64,000 nt of DNA from Mobula hypostoma (Eukaryota), in the NCBI RefSeq assembly GCF_963921235.1, contig NC_086129.1, positions 20,460,001 to 20,524,000 on the forward strand, read 5' to 3'. Position numbers and translations under genes: made by a program. This document shows, piece by piece, positions 25,916 through 40,374 of the stretch. The notes beneath the pieces were generated by a model, which worked only from the letters and a program-made list of their open reading frames with translations, did not search any database and had not been told where the DNA came from. How positions within the stretch are numbered: position 1 is the stretch's first letter; the number at the start of each line of letters is the position of its first letter.

Positions 25916-26602
25916 TATTTATTTAGTTAAGGATACAGTGTCGATCAGGCCCTCCTGTCCCTTCAAGCCACACCACCCCAGCAAACCCTGACAACCCCAA
26001 TTTAACCCTAGCCTAATCACAGGACATTTTACAATAACAAATTAACCTACTCTGCTTCTCACGTCTGTCTCCATCAAATCAGAATTGTCCACGGCCCCTA
26101 TTTAACAGATACGATATCATTTCACCGGAGAGCGCGCGCTGCGTCGCGCTGCCATCTTCTCCTCCCGCCTATATATAGCTAAGGTGCCTAAGACTTTAGC
26201 ACAGCGCTATAGTAATTTTATGTATTGCACGGTATTGCGGCAAAAAAAAACAAATTTCATGACATATGTGAGGGATAATGAACCTGATTTTGATGTGGTT
26301 ATTTGTTGTGGACTGAGTGTGGGAAGGGGTGCACGGAGAGGGGAATCAATGGTTCGGAAAAGGGTAAGGGAAAGGGGAGGGTGGGGGAACACCAGAGAGA
26401 CATTCTGTAATGATCAATAAACCAATTGTTTGGAATCAAATGACCTTGCCTGGTGTCTCAGGGCTGGGTGTGTCTGCGCCAAGCCCTGGCCCTGGCACTC
26501 CTTCTCTGTCACCTGTCCCACACCTCTCCACTCTTACCATTCACAACATCCTTTCCTCCCACCAGGTTTACAAACTTGCTCTCCGATCCATGTTGACAAA
26601 TA

Positions 26603-26665
26603 CAGTACTGTGCAAAAGTCTTAGGCACCCGTGTTATATATTTGTGCCTACGACTTTCAGTACTA
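26603..26665. mobile_element. Tc1/mariner-like miniature inverted repeat
   Basis: cagtactgtgcaaaagtcttaggcac...gtgcctacgactttcagtacta; a related arm lies at about 26183-26210. Confidence 0.55.
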
Positions 26666-28233
26666 TTGATATGTCAACACAATGGCTGTTACTTTGAGAA
26701 ATATCCTCACATGCTGGAAATAATCTAATTTATTCTGTGTAACCAGCTTACTTGAGGGAACACCTGGAGAGTTCAGTGTAAGAACATTATTTAATGCATT
26801 ATTGAAAAGGCAACTTACTTGCAGACTTGTTAAGTGCCTCATTGAAGTCCAGTAAGTATTTCAAATCAAAGGTTTAAGATTGTCCTGCTTGAGGACAATA
26901 CAGCAAGAACATGTAAAATATTGCACTTCCTCCATCCTTCTCCAAAGCAATTTTACAAGTAAACATTCTGTTATACAAACTGCACACAGGCTGACAGCAT
27001 ATGTACTAAGTATACAGTATATACTGTGTATAGGTGGCATATACACTGCATCCAAATGTAGTATAAAATGTATCAAACACATCTGGTGGTGCATGAAATT
27101 CTGACAATATACTCTCATGGACCTAATAAGCACCGTATAATAGCGTATATAGTCAGTGTACACTTACTTTAATGGGAGATAAGCCACACTGTCAAGGCCA
27201 AATTTTTTTCCCATCCCTAAATATCCTTAAGAAGAGATTAGACTTGATAAGTAGTTGGATCATCTCTTTTTAGAAGTCATTCTTGCCTCTGTCATTTGCC
27301 ACTTTTCAGTTTGCTCCTGAATGATGCATAGACTTGGTTGCATGCAAGCATAGGCTGCTTCATTTGATGAGGGTTTGTAAATAAGATTATATATTGTGCA
27401 ATGATCTCTACATTTGACTTCACAATGGGAGGAAAACTAGATGGTTGGACCTTAGACACTGGATGTGTCTAAATGATGTACTGAGGCTGAGATGATTGAT
27501 CTTCATCAACTATAACCAGCTTCCTTTATGGGAAATAGGACTGTCCCATTGCTTGTTATTCTAATGCTTTCCACTAACTGCATTTTCCACTGAGCTTCTT
27601 GATGCCCCCTGATACCAGTGGCAGTCACTTTCCCCTCACATCTGGTAGTCAGCTCTTTGGTCCAATTTTGTCTGTGATCATTTCTGGAGCCAGTGATTCT
27701 GGCAAAGTACAAACGGCACACCACTAAGTTGTTTATTGTTGACTGAACACTGTTTGTTATCACTGTGGTTTATTTACTGCATTTCAACTACTATTCCTCT
27801 GACCACCTTTATTCACATTCCTGAAATTCAAGCACATCAGGCAAAAAGCTTAAACCATTCCTGTGGTGTCATTTTCCTATTAATATTTTATATTTTCTGT
27901 TACATCCTCTAATCCAATTGTACATATCCTGTTATATTGCTATTTTATCATATTCAAAGACCCAGGAGAAAATTTACCATCCAATAAACTGAAAAATCAT
28001 TATCCTCTAAAACTGATCTAAAGTTCCCAATTTCATCCAACATCACAATGCATTTTCATTTGCTTTTGCTTCAGCTTCTCAGGGCCTTATTTCTAAAAGT
28101 ATTTCGCTGTCTGTGCCCTTTCAAGATTGTACTAAATCAAGGCACTAGTTGAAGAGCATTAAGTACATTTAGTACGACAGTCTCACACTTGTCTGACAGG
28201 ATAATAGTTTTGACCTGGGCTGGAATTTGTGGA

Positions 28234-28328
28234 ACACACACAAAATGCTGGAGGAACTCAGCAGGCCAGGCAGCATCTATGGAAAAGAGTACAGTCGATG
28301 TTTCAGGCTAAGGTCCTTCAGCAAGGCA
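28234..28328 (-). mobile_element. PLE-terminus mini-insertion of about 95 bp with a degenerate hammerhead
   Basis: TSD gaatttgtgga at 28223-28233 and 28329-28339. Confidence 0.75.
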
Positions 28329-28499
28329 GAATTTGTGGACTGAGATGTTCTAATATAGGTTTTATTCCCTGGATAAATAGCATTGTACCTGAACATCAGG
28401 AATAAATTTGCTTCTTTAAATGAGAATTATTTTTATCAAGTGGTTGAACAGGAACCCTTGTCGTTAAATGTCATCAATGTGTATTTCATTAGGAATGTG

Positions 28500-29002
28500 A
28501 TGACATTTGGTATGTCACCTAATTACTATGGATATGTGGTGGAGAGCATTCTGGCTGTTGCATCACTACCTGGCATGGAGGCTGTAATGCACAGAATCAC
28601 AAGAGTCCCCAGAGTGTTGTAGCCTCCAGTTCCATCTTGGGTACAACCTTCCCCATTATCAAGGACATCTTTAAGAACTGGTTTCTCAAGAAGACAGCAT
28701 TCATCACTCAGAGCCATCTAACATCTGGGGCATGCCTTCTTCTCATTACTATCAACTGGGAGGAGGTGCAGGAGCCGAAAGACCCATGCTCAACTATTTA
28801 GGAACAACTTCTTCCCCTCTGTGATTAGATTTCTGAACAGTCCATGAACCCATGAATGCAATCTCATTGTTCATTTCTGCGCTGTTTATTTATTTTGTAA
28901 TTTTTTTAAATCTTATGTCTTGTTGCTCTGCACTGCTGCACAAAATAACAAATTTCTCATTATATGTTATAGTGTTCATAAATCTAATTCTGATTCTGAT
29001 TG
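28500..29002 (+). mobile_element. Degraded Rex/Babar 3' end
   Basis: YVVESILA motif; (ATTCTG)n tail. Confidence 0.7.
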
Positions 29003-32000
29003 ATTTTCAGAGTAGAAGGGAGAGTTTGCTCTGTATCCCTCATCCCCTAGAAGCTGAGAAAGTTTCTTGAATGGCTTAACTCTTGGTGGTTGCAAAGGTA
29101 TACTCAATGTCAAGCTGTGGTCATCTTAGACCTACTAGGCATTATCCATCCATCAACTCCTTACCTGCAAAGATCATTCCACATTACTCAAAGGGTTAGT
29201 TTCACATTAAACAGAAGTGCAAGAGGATATGAAGTGGGAACAGAAAAAGGACCTGTAGCTCTACCATTCAATTTTGAAGCTGATCCGTCAACTCGTCCAG
29301 TTTCCTCCTTTCTTCCTACATCTCCTGATCCACATCGGAATCCATCTATATATCTTCTCAGGTTCAAATTTACACAGTAACTGAGCATCAGCAGCTCTCA
29401 GAGGCAGAGAATTCCGAAGATTTACAATTCACTCACTGAAGAAATTGTTCCATATCTCCGTTTTATGCAGCTAACCTGAGGTTACCCATCTATACAAATC
29501 TCATTTTAAATACCCCACCACCGTCCTGTTCCAGTTTCTCTGACAGAATATGGAAAACAAGGAGGCAATTAAAATAAGATTAGGATAGATGGGTGCATAA
29601 TGATTGGGCAGACTTGATGGGCCAAAGGGCCTTTTTTGGAAGTTATAAATCTCCACAACTTTATGAGAACACTCACAGCATCCATCCTTCAAGACATTCT
29701 CAGAATACAAAAGGCTAAAACCTGCTTTAATTTGCCCAGAGGTTCCATGCAATATTGTTAGCCTTTATCACCCCACAAGTGTTAGAGAGATGGGAACCCA
29801 TCCATCACCCTGCCAATGGAAGACAAAGCACTCAGTTGTCTACTGCACTCTGGTCTTGTACTTATCATATCCAGTGGCAGATCTCAAGCTTGCTCAATCT
29901 CCCCAGTAACAATAATGAGAAATATAATAACCCCCCAATCTGTACCACATTAGACCTTCTGCACAAGCAATTCTATTTAAAGCAGCTATGAAGGAGAAAA
30001 GGTACATTAATTTGCATTACCTTTTAACTTGCTGAATTTAGTTAAAAGTTAATTGTTCAAGTATTTTTTCATTTATATATTTATTTTATTAAAATTTTAA
30101 TAAATGTAATATTTGCAATTGAACAATTGATGTTCAATTGTCTCAAATGTTAGGAATATTCAGAAGAATCCAAAATCCTTGATTGGTTGGACAGCTGGTG
30201 AGATATCTGGTGGTGTGACTTTGACAGTCATTAAAGTTCTATTTCGCTGTTTGGAGACTGTGTCCATCCTGACTTGACTACATGACACCATTACATTACA
30301 TAGTGCCTCTCACCAAGCACTGCCTTAACCAGTTAGTAGTGAAGTGGCTTTCAGTTAGATAACATTGGCACAGCCATAAAAGGTAAATTGGCCCTTATGC
30401 CAAAGATCAGCAGGGAGCATGGACCTCTAATTCAAACAATATTGTGAATCTACACTACATCACAGCCAAAGCATGTATCCTTTCTTCAACAGATACCAGG
30501 TGCATCTTTCAGTAATGCTATTGTTTGTGCTCTCCAAACAACCATGCAATAAAATCTGACACTTCCTTTACCTCTGTTCACTTTGCAAAATGAAGTTGGA
30601 GAATGCTGAATATTCTCACCAAGTCAGTCAGTATCTATATAGAGAGAAGAACAGCAAATGTTTCAGGTTGACAAACTGTTGTAAGAAATTTTAACTATGC
30701 CACTTTCATCACAAATTCTGCCTGACTGTTGGAATGTTTTCAGCATTTGTTTTATTTCAGATCGGTAACATTTTGCTTTTGGATTACTTTCAGTCTTTTG
30801 GATTTTGTCTACGAGGACATCGGCATTCCTCTGAACACTGGGGTTTACAGGTCTCTCATCAGCCTGGGTCTTTGAGTCCACTGGAGAAGTCAGAGGCCCA
30901 ATGTCTGCGAGTCTGAATCCACTGGAGGCACTTTTCAGCTGCCCCTCATAGATTCTTAGCTTATGTTGGTTGTTAATGCAAATAATGTGTTTCATTCTAT
31001 GTCTTGATGTATGTGTGATTAATAAATGAATCTGAATCTGATTCACCTGTCATTGATACGGACTGAAAATAGCTGAGCCACTTTCAACACCAGGAAACGA
31101 CTCATTTATTCTTGCTTCCTGTTGTTCTCATTAAGCAATCTCTAATCCATATTACACTGTCCCTGTGAGCCCTGTGTGTTGCCTTATCAAATGCAGATCC
31201 AATTCTATTACATTCTGTTATGCCCTACAAAAGACTCTATTAGACTTGTCATGCACAATTTCCTTTTTGTAAAACCATATTGACTCTGCCTAATCATATA
31301 TATCTTTCCCAATGCCCTGTTAACACTTCTTTAAGAATGGATTGTAGCAGCTTCACTGCAACTGATGTCAAGTTAACAAGACTACCATCTCTTATTGTCT
31401 TCTTCCTTCATTTCACAAAGTGCCACCAGACCATAAGACATAAGAGCAGAATTAGGCTAACTTTGGCTTCTCTTTTCCTTTTGGGGTATTTGAGGAAGCT
31501 CTTGCAGCATGTTTTGCTTCTTATATTTGGCTGGTTCATGCTTATTTTATATCATTGCTCTTTCTAGTTTTTTTAATCAGTGGCTTCTAAAACTCTCTTA
31601 ATCTTCGAGCTTATTAGCTTTCACTTCTGTAACTCTTTAGTCAACCAGGAATGGACTATTTTAACCATGATGCTTTTATTTTTCAAGCTAATGTATACAA
31701 TTAGAAAACAATTATTTAAAACTGATCATTTTAATCTCATTTCTCAAATTACTTACAACTCACAACAACCCATCCCCATACCCATGTAATTGCATTCAGC
31801 GGTAAGTTTATTATTCTTAACATTGACATTGAGTGAGTCACTCTCTATCTCAATGTAAATTGCATTGTATTATATTTGTTCTTCTACAGGGAATCCTGCA
31901 AAATTAGATGACCTAATCCTGTTTTACCACACAAGGCAGGATCTAAGTTAGTCCGTTATTCTCCAGGCTACATAACTCCAGGAATCTGCTCTGAAACTGT

Positions 32001-33394
32001 ATTACGAATTCAGTTTTCGAATTGCTTTTGCAAATTTGATTTGTTGGAAATATTAGCTGCACCCACCACCCATGATCATTGTATTACCTTGGTGAACTAA
32101 GTTCCATTTCAGCAGAAAACTTTTCCTCATCCTTGATTATCGCCTTGGTTGTGATCACCAGAAACCACAGGCAACTGTGAAAAATAAACAGCATTGCTCC
32201 TCCTGAGGTTCACATTTGAATTGCATTGCGATAATGGATTTAGTCATGAATCAAAAATCCTATTATCCACATCTGGTAAGAGGAGATGTTCTAATCATGA
32301 TCATCTGAAAAGAAGACTGGTCTCATTGATGTTACCACAGGGAAAGTTAACCGTTTTCTTGCATGGTCAAAGATCTCTTCCCCCAAAACAGCATCAACCA
32401 CTCAACATGGCTTTTTCACCTCACTAAAGCCTTTGACTCCATGAAGTATTGTCATCAAATTCAGCTGTCAACGGAAACTCAACACCATCTTACATTTGCT
32501 TAATGGTGTACGTGAGTCATGATCCTAACCAACAGAGCCAATCCCCATGAAGGCTTCTGTCATAGAAAGCTGCATTGTGGCCTCAATTTTTTTAAGATCT
32601 ATTTTGCCGCATCACTGTATCTCACCTCCATCAAACTTCCCATGAGTGTTGTCAATCACCAGAATTTATGCAGGACTGTTCCACCTTCAGAGATTAGACT
32701 TCAGAACTAATGTCTCCCCAATCTCATTAGTTCAGCCGCTGTGTGCAAACAACACTTGCAATTGTGTGCACTCAGAGCCCATTGTAGGCTTTTTTCACTG
32801 AAGCTAACAAAAGGGTGGGCATTGCATCCAACATCTGCAAGAGAAAGGTTCTCAACTGCCCTATAGCATTTAACAATATGATCACCCAATAATGGAATTA
32901 TTTGGAGTGACACCTGAGAAAGCGTGGAACAGTCCTTTCACAGTAGATACGACTTACTTTAAGCAGAAGTCGATGATGAAATTTACCACTGCCTTTGGTG
33001 AATTGAGAAAGGGGATTCATATGCCCTCAATGAACTTCAGGGTTGCATATGGTGACATATATGTACTTTGTTAATAAATTTACTTTGAACTTTGAAAGAG
33101 GTATGTGAAAATCAAGTTCTCAATCCCGGCCAAAAATATATTGTCAACTTGGCACCAGTGCTCTACTGAGACCGGGATTACCTAATGCAGACACCTCAGG
33201 GCACTGGAAAGGTGCCACAAAATCCTCTAAATTCACTGGTAGTATATAAAAACCAGTATTAGCATGTTCTTCTGGGCGAACATTTCCAGAGTCTCTGTTT
33301 GCTGGTTCTTTTGGGTTGGTTATGTCATTCAGAGTCTCTCACCAGTCTCCTAAAATGCAGATTCTACTCTGGATTCTGTCACAGGAAGAGATGT

Positions 33395-33930
33395 CAAGTT
33401 CAAGTGTAATTGTCATTCAAACATACACATGTAAAGCAGTAAAACAAAACAGCTTTTCTCTATGCCCAAGGTACAAATCGCAGTATATACAGTCAGTGCA
33501 TACACACAGCATGTATATTTATAATAGCACATATCATCACAAAAAATTACTTTAGCACGTTCCTGAGTGGCATGGCCTGAAGCTTGATGGTGCATGGATG
33601 CTGTCCTGAAGCCATGTTTCTGCAAGAACAAGTACAGAGCAATTCCTCACCTCTTCCTTGGTCAGCCGCAGACAAACGCAATCCAGCCTGTCTTCCACAG
33701 AGTGAGCACTGGAGAGCAGCATTGGTGGGAGAGCTGTCCTGGGTGGCTGTAACACAAGATGTCGTGGCATGAGGGCTTGGTCCACAAAATAACCAAAGCC
33801 ACGCAGCTCCCCTGCCATCGGTCTCACCAATGAACCGGACTTGCAGTACTTTATATTACCAATGTTCAACTTGCAATCAAAAGACAAATGTTTAAGAGAC
33901 ACAATTGCACCATTCATTGGGCCTAGACAG
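33395..33930 (-). mobile_element. Rex/Babar-derived fragment with an endonuclease remnant
   Basis: LRLTKEEVRNCSVLVLAETWLQDSI in ORF 33552-34073; short repeat tail near 33395. Confidence 0.55.
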
Positions 33931-35434
33931 GCTGCTGTGACCAAGCATGGCACCATCTTCCAGGTGAAAGAGCGAAAAAAGATCAAACTTCCTTGGAAAA
34001 GCACAAAATCCCGGTGATTGTTAGGCAGAAGAAGCATTTGGAGATAGCACTGGGAGCCTTGCATTGGAAGCAAACAGAAGCAAACACAATGGCATCCTCA
34101 ATCACAGAACCTGTAAATTTAGAATGGAAGCAAGTCATTCTTAATCTGAAAGGATTACCAAAGAAGACAAAGTATTGCATTGGATATAGTTCTACTAGAA
34201 ATGAAGTCATGTTGTTTTTTGTATTGTGTTGTAAGAAGTATGCTATTATGTTGTTTCCATTTTGTTGGTATTTCTTACATTATAGTATTGACTGCAGATT
34301 AAAAGTCTCTGGATCATCACGAAACACACTATGGAAATTGACCTTCCTTTCTGGATTTGGGACAATATAAATCTGCAGCCAAAAGTTTGAAAGGGTTTTG
34401 TGACAGACTGAAGCAGTCAGGGATTTGCAAAAGGAGTTAGATAAAAGCTGGAAATGAACTACAGCTAGAGATAAAATTTAATAGAGGCAAGTGAAAGGAT
34501 TGCCCATTAGAATGAAAAATGGTCAAATACTTGTACAAAGGATGATGTAGAAATCGCAATTGAAGTGGAAACAGGTCTGGGCTGATAGTACACTTGATAT
34601 TTAACATGTCAAATCACTCTGGAGCAGCTATAAAACAAATAGATTGCTGAAGTACATTGTTAAATCAGTTGAGTAGAAACTGCAGGGTGTCAAGCTTCAA
34701 TATTACAGTGCTCTGCTCAGGCTCCGATGGGTAGCCAGCCCAAGTCTGGTCAAGCCAAGTGAGCTGAAGAGTTATAAAAGGAATCTTGTGTTGAATGATT
34801 AAAGAGCAAAAATGACTGCGATGTGTTTAACAGGCCTGGATGAGATGAATGTGTTTCATTACTGAAGGGGGCTCTGCCACATGAGGGCTTGTCTTAGTGG
34901 TAAGGTGTGGCAGTTTGTCTGCGAGTTTCAGAGTCCGGGGCCAAGGGCTGGAGGCCTGAAGGTGATCTGCCCTGGGGTTAGAGGCTTGGGTGTGTGAGGG
35001 TGGGAAGGGTCTTGTTTTGCTGCTGTTGTCTTGTTTCATTCTGTTATTGTTGATGATGCTGCTAATGTTGCTGTGTGCTGTGTGTTGTGCTATTGTTGTG
35101 TTGAACATTGTGGGCATGCTATGTTGGCGCCAGAATGTGTGGTGACACTTGGTGGCTCTCCAGAGCACATCCTTTAATGTGTTGGTTGTTAGTGGAAACA
35201 ATGTGTTTCACTGCATGTTTTACTATCTACAGTACATGTGATAAGTAAGTCTGATCTGATCTGCATTTCCTTTTCAAGTTGCTATCTCACCTTGTCCAGG
35301 GACAGGGCACTGGGTAACACCACACAGGCTTCCAGGCAAGTCTGCTTACTGACAGAGCTTTTTAGGAGAGTGGGAAACAAGGAACTGTGGTGGGAGAGCC
35401 ACACTGCAGAATGAGAGATTCATTCATTTAATCC

Positions 35435-36940
35435 CATAGAAACCATAGAACCATAGAAACTACAGCACAGAAACAGGCCCTTTGGCCCTTCTTGGCTATG
35501 CCAAACCATTTTCTGCCTAGTCCCACTGACCTGCACACGGACCATATCCCTCCATACACCTCCCATCCATGTATCTGTCCAATTTATTCTTAAATGTTAA
35601 AAAAGAACCCGCATTTACCACCTCGTCTGGCAGCTCATTCCATACTCCCACCACTCTCTGTGTGAAGAAGCCCCCCCCCCATGTTCCCTTGAAACATTTC
35701 CCTCCTCACCCTTAACCCATGCCCTCTAGTTTTTTTTTCTCCCCTTGCCTCAGTGGAAAAAGCCTGCTTGCATTCACTCTATCTATACCCATCATAATTT
35801 TATATACCTCTATCAAACCTCCCCTCATTCTTCTATGCTCCAGGGAATAAAGTCCTAACCTATTCAACCTTTCTCTGTAACTGAGTTTCTCAAGTCCCGG
35901 CAACATCCTTGTAAACCTTCTCTGCACTCTTTCAACCTTATTAATATCCTTCCTGTAATTTGGTGACCAAAACTGAACACAATACTCGAGCTTCAGCCTC
36001 ACCAATGCCTTATACAACCTCATCATAACATTCCAACTCTTATACTCAATACTTCGATTAATAAAGGCCAATGTACCAAAAGCTCTCTTTATAACCCTAT
36101 CTACCTGTGACGCCACTTTTAGGGAATTTTGTATCTGTATTCCCAGATCCCTCTGTTCTACTGCACTCCTCAGTGCCCTACCATTTACCTTGTATGTTCT
36201 ACCTTGGTTTGTCCTTCCAAAGTGTAATACCTCACACTTATCTGTATTAAACTCCATCTGCCATTTTTCAGCCCATTTTTCCAGCTGGTCCAAATCCCTC
36301 TGCATGCTTTGAAAACCTTCCTCACTGTCCACTATACCTCCAATCTTTGTTTCATCAGCAAATTTGCTGATCCAATTAACCTCATTCATTCATTCAGATC
36401 ATTGATATAGATGACAAATAACAATGGACCCAGCACTATGGCACACCACTAGTCACAAGTCTCCACTCAGAGAAGCAATCCTCTACTACCACTCTCTGGC
36501 TTCTTCCATTGAGCTAATGTCTCATCCAATTTACCACCTCTCCATGTATACCTAGCGACTGAATCTTCCTAACTAACCTCCCATGCGGGACCTTGTCAAA
36601 GGCCTTTCTGAAGTCCATGTAGACAATATCCACTGCCTTCCCTTCATTCACTTTCCTGGTAACCTCCTCGAAAAACTCTAATAGGTTGGTTAAACATGAC
36701 CTACCACGCACAAAGCCATGTTGACTCTCCCTAATAAGTCCCTGTCTATCCAAATACTTGTAGATCCTATCTCTTAGTACTCCTTCCAATAATTTACCTA
36801 CTACCGATGTCAAATTTACCTGCCTATAATTTCCCGGATTACTTTCAGAGCCTTTTTTAATGAACGGAACAACATGAGCTATCCTCCAATCCTCCGGCCC
36901 CTCACCCGTAGATACCGACATTTTAAATCCCCTCTGCATT
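35435..36940 (-). mobile_element. Young 5'-truncated CR1 LINE (RT)
   Basis: ORFs 36514-36939 (QHGFVRGRSCLTNLLEFFE, YMDFRKAFDKVPH) and 35712-36389 (SKFADETK); (TTCTATGG)n tail. Confidence 0.95.
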
Positions 36941-37616
36941 CAAACTTTGAATGGGTGTGGTATAGGCTGATGACACTGCTCACTGTTTTTCTCATTAACC
37001 TTGCTGAGCCTGTCAAGGAAGTTTTAGATGACAGAAAACTATTTATATGAACTGGGGATGTGTACCTCACATTGTCAAGCAGCATTTAACTGAGATAAAT
37101 GGGCTTTCATGCTTGCTTGTGGAGCCAACATCTTGCAGTTGGGAATGATACTGAGGAACGTTGAGAGACAAATGCATTTAGTGGTCTTTGCACATAGATC
37201 ACTCATTTGCAACAATTCTAAAAAAATTACATCAGGCTAACCACATTTATAGCACTATTCAGTACAAATTCTGTCACAGTGCAGGTCACTGGTCCAACTA
37301 CAGGGTTTCGACTATGGCGGGGTGAGACAGTAGATGGAAGAAGAGCTAGTAGAATGATTCTTGGAGAAAGAACCCCAGTACTCAGTCTGAATGCTCACAT
37401 ACCTTAGAACCACGCTGACTTTGCAGAACTGGCAGAGGGATGAATTGCAAACAAGGTGCTGGTGCTTCCAGTTTAATGGGTCAGGTAGGAGCTGGCATTA
37501 CATGCTGTATAAGAGTAGGAATAACTTGGAAGTCAGGAGCCATTTTATCTCCTTTGGGGTGTCTTAAGTCACCTGAATGGCCCGTCAGCTAGTGTGGACA
37601 GCTTAGAAGAGATCAG

Positions 37617-40374
37617 CAACATACATCAAAGTTGCTGGTGAACGCAGCAGGCCAAGCAGCATCTGTAGGAAGAGGTGCAGTCGACGTTTCAGGCCGAGAC
37701 CCTTCGTCAGGACTAACTGAAGGAAGAGTGAGTAAGGGATTTCAAAGCTGGAGGGGGAGGGGGAGATGCAAAATGATAGGAGAAGACAGGAGGGGCAGGG
37801 ATAGAGCCGAGAGCTGGACAGGTGATAGGCAAAAGGGGATACGAGAGGATCATGGGACAGGAGGTCCGGGAAGAAAGACTAGGGGGGCGGGGGTGACCCA
37901 GAGGATGGGCAAGAGGTATATTCAGAGGGACAGAGGAAGAAAAAGGAGAGTGAGAAAAAGAAAAAGGTTGGAGGCTACCCAGATGGAATATAAGGTGTTG
38001 TTCCTCCAACCTGAGTGTGGCTTCATCTTTACAGTAGAGGAGGCCGTGGATAGACATGTCAGAATGGGAATGGGATGTGGAATTAAAATGTGTGGCCACT
38101 GGGAGATCCTGTTTTCTCTGGCGGACAGAGCGTAGATGTTCAGCAAAGTGGTCTCCCAGTCTGCGTCGGGTCTCGTCAATATATAAAACGCCACATCGGG
38201 AGTACCGGACGCAGTATATCACCCCAGCCGACTCACAGGTGAAGTGATGCCTCACCTGGAAGGACTGTTTGGGGCCCTGAATGGTGGTAAGGGAGGAAGT
38301 GTAAGGGCATGTGTAGCACTTGTTCCGCTTACACGGATAAGTGCCAGGAGGGAGATCAGTGGGGAGGGATGGGGGGGACGAATGGACAAGGGAGTTGTGT
38401 AGGGAGCGATCCCTGCGCAATGCAGAGAGAGTGGGGGAGGGAAAGATGTGCTTAGTGGTGGGATCCCGTTGGAGGTGGCGGAAGTTACGGAGAATAATAT
38501 GTTGGACCCGGAGGCTGGTGGGGTGGTAGGTGAGGACCAGGGGAACCCTATTCCTAGTGGGGTGATGGGAGGATGGAGTGAGAGCAGATGTACGTGAAAT
38601 GGGGGAGATGCGTTTAAGAGCAGAGTTGATAGTGGAGGAAGGGAAGCCCCTTTCTTTAAAAAAGGAAGACATCTCCTCGTCCTGGAATGAAAAGCCTCAT
38701 CCTGAGAGCAGATGCGGTGGAGACGGAGGAATTGCGAGAAGGGGATGGTGTTTTTGCAAGAGACAGGGTGAGAAGAGGAATAGTCCAGATAGCTGTGAGA
38801 GTCAGTAGGCTTATAGTAGACATCAGTAGATAATCTGTCTCCAGAGATAGAGACAGAAAGATCTAGAAAGGGGAGGGAAGTGTCAGAAATGGACCAGGTA
38901 AACTTGAGGGCAGGGTGAAAGTTGGAGGCAAAGTTAATAAAGTCAACGAGTTCTGCATGCGTGCAGGAAGCAGCGCCAATGCAGTCGTCGATGTAGCGAA
39001 GGAAAAGTGGGGGACAGATACCAGAATAGGCACGGAACATAGATTGTTCCACAAAGCCAACAAAAAGGCAGGCATAGCTAGGACCCATACGGGTGCCCAT
39101 AGCTACACCTTTAGTTTGGAGGAAGTGGGAGGAGCCAAAGGAGAAATTATTAAGAGTAAGGACTAATTCTGCTAGACGGAGCAGAGTGGTGGTAGAGGGG
39201 AACTGATTAGGTCTGGAATCCAAAAAGAAGCGTAGAGCTTTGAGACCTTCCTGATGGGGGATGGAAGTATATAAGGACTGGACATCCATGGTGAAAATAA
39301 AGTGGTGGGGGCCAGGGAACTTAAAATCATCAAAAAGTTTAAGAGCGTGAGAAGTGTCACGAACATAGGTCGGAAGGGATCGAACAAGGGGTGATAAAAC
39401 AGTGTCGAGGTATGCAGAAATGAGTTCGGTGGGGCAGGAGCAAGCTGAGACAATAGGTCGGCTAGGACAGGCAGGTTTGTGGATCTTGGGTAGGAGGTAG
39501 AAACGGGACGTGCGGGGTGTGGGAACTATAAGGTTGGTAGCAGTGGATGGGAGATCCCCTGAGCGGATAAAGTCCGTGATGGTGTGGGAGACAATGGCCT
39601 GGTGCTCCTTAGTGGGGTCACGATCGAGGGGTAAATAAGAGGAGGTATCCGCGAGTTGTCGCTGTGCCTCGGCAAGGTAGAGGTCAGTACGCCAGACTAC
39701 AACAGCACCCCCCTTATCGGCGGGTTTAATAATAGGGTTAGGATTAGTGCGGAGGGAGTGGAGAGCAGAGCGTTCCGAAGGAGTGAGGTTGAAATGGGGA
39801 CAAGGTGCGGTGAAGTCGAGACGGGTGATGTCCCGTCGGCAGTTAGCGATAAAGAGATCCAGAGCAGGCAGAAGACCAGAGCGGGGTGTCCATGAAGAAG
39901 AGGAGGGTTGAAGACGGGAGAAGGGGTCATCGGTGGGGGTGGAAGAGTCTTTGCCGAAGAAGTAGGCTCGGAGACGGAGACGGCGGAAGAAAAGTTCCTC
40001 ATCGTGGCGAACACGGAACGCGCTGAGGTGTGGGCGAAGGGGGACAAACGTGAGGCCCTTACTGAGGACAGAGCGTTCTGCCTCTAACAGTTGAAGGTCG
40101 GAGGGGATGGTAAAGACCCGGCACGGATGAGAGCTGGGATCAGAGGGGGGAGGGGGGAGGCTGGTGGTGTCAGTGGAGAGGGGAGGGTTGGGGTGAGAGG
40201 AAGATGGAGCCTCTGAGGGCCCAGGAGTTGATGGTGGGATCTGAGGAAGACGGGGCTGCGGAGTGGTGGTGGGGGAAGGGGAGACGGGAGTCACAATAGC
40301 AGCACATAAAGACCCGGCCTGGAGTTCAAGGCTGGAGTCGCAGTTGGTGGTTGCGCAATCACTCCTAATGTGAA
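37617..40374 (-). mobile_element. Near-complete PLE (Neptune-like: RT, Cys linker, GIY-YIG), one frameshift near 38680
   Basis: ORF 38252-40294: KPADKGG, FYLLPKIHK, MDVQSLYT, GVAMG, RYIDD; ORF 37713-38672: CKRNKCYTC, VIYC...LYIDET...EH; 14-bp TSD ttagaagagatcag at 37603-37616 and 40375-40388. Confidence 0.95.
37678..37715 (-). ncRNA. Minimal type I hammerhead ribozyme in the PLE terminus
   Basis: UAGUC-CUGACGA-A-GGGUCUCGGCCU-GAAA-CG-UC-GACUG. Confidence 0.8.

Noticed and set aside
32150-33340. Possible ancient RTE LINE RT remnant
   Set aside because: Only scattered motif-like fragments; boundaries and identity cannot be supported
33983-34111. Possible minus-strand exon after a tttacag acceptor (GSVIEDAIVFASVCFQCK...)
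   Set aside because: No recognisable homology and no partner exons; cannot be supported without RNA data
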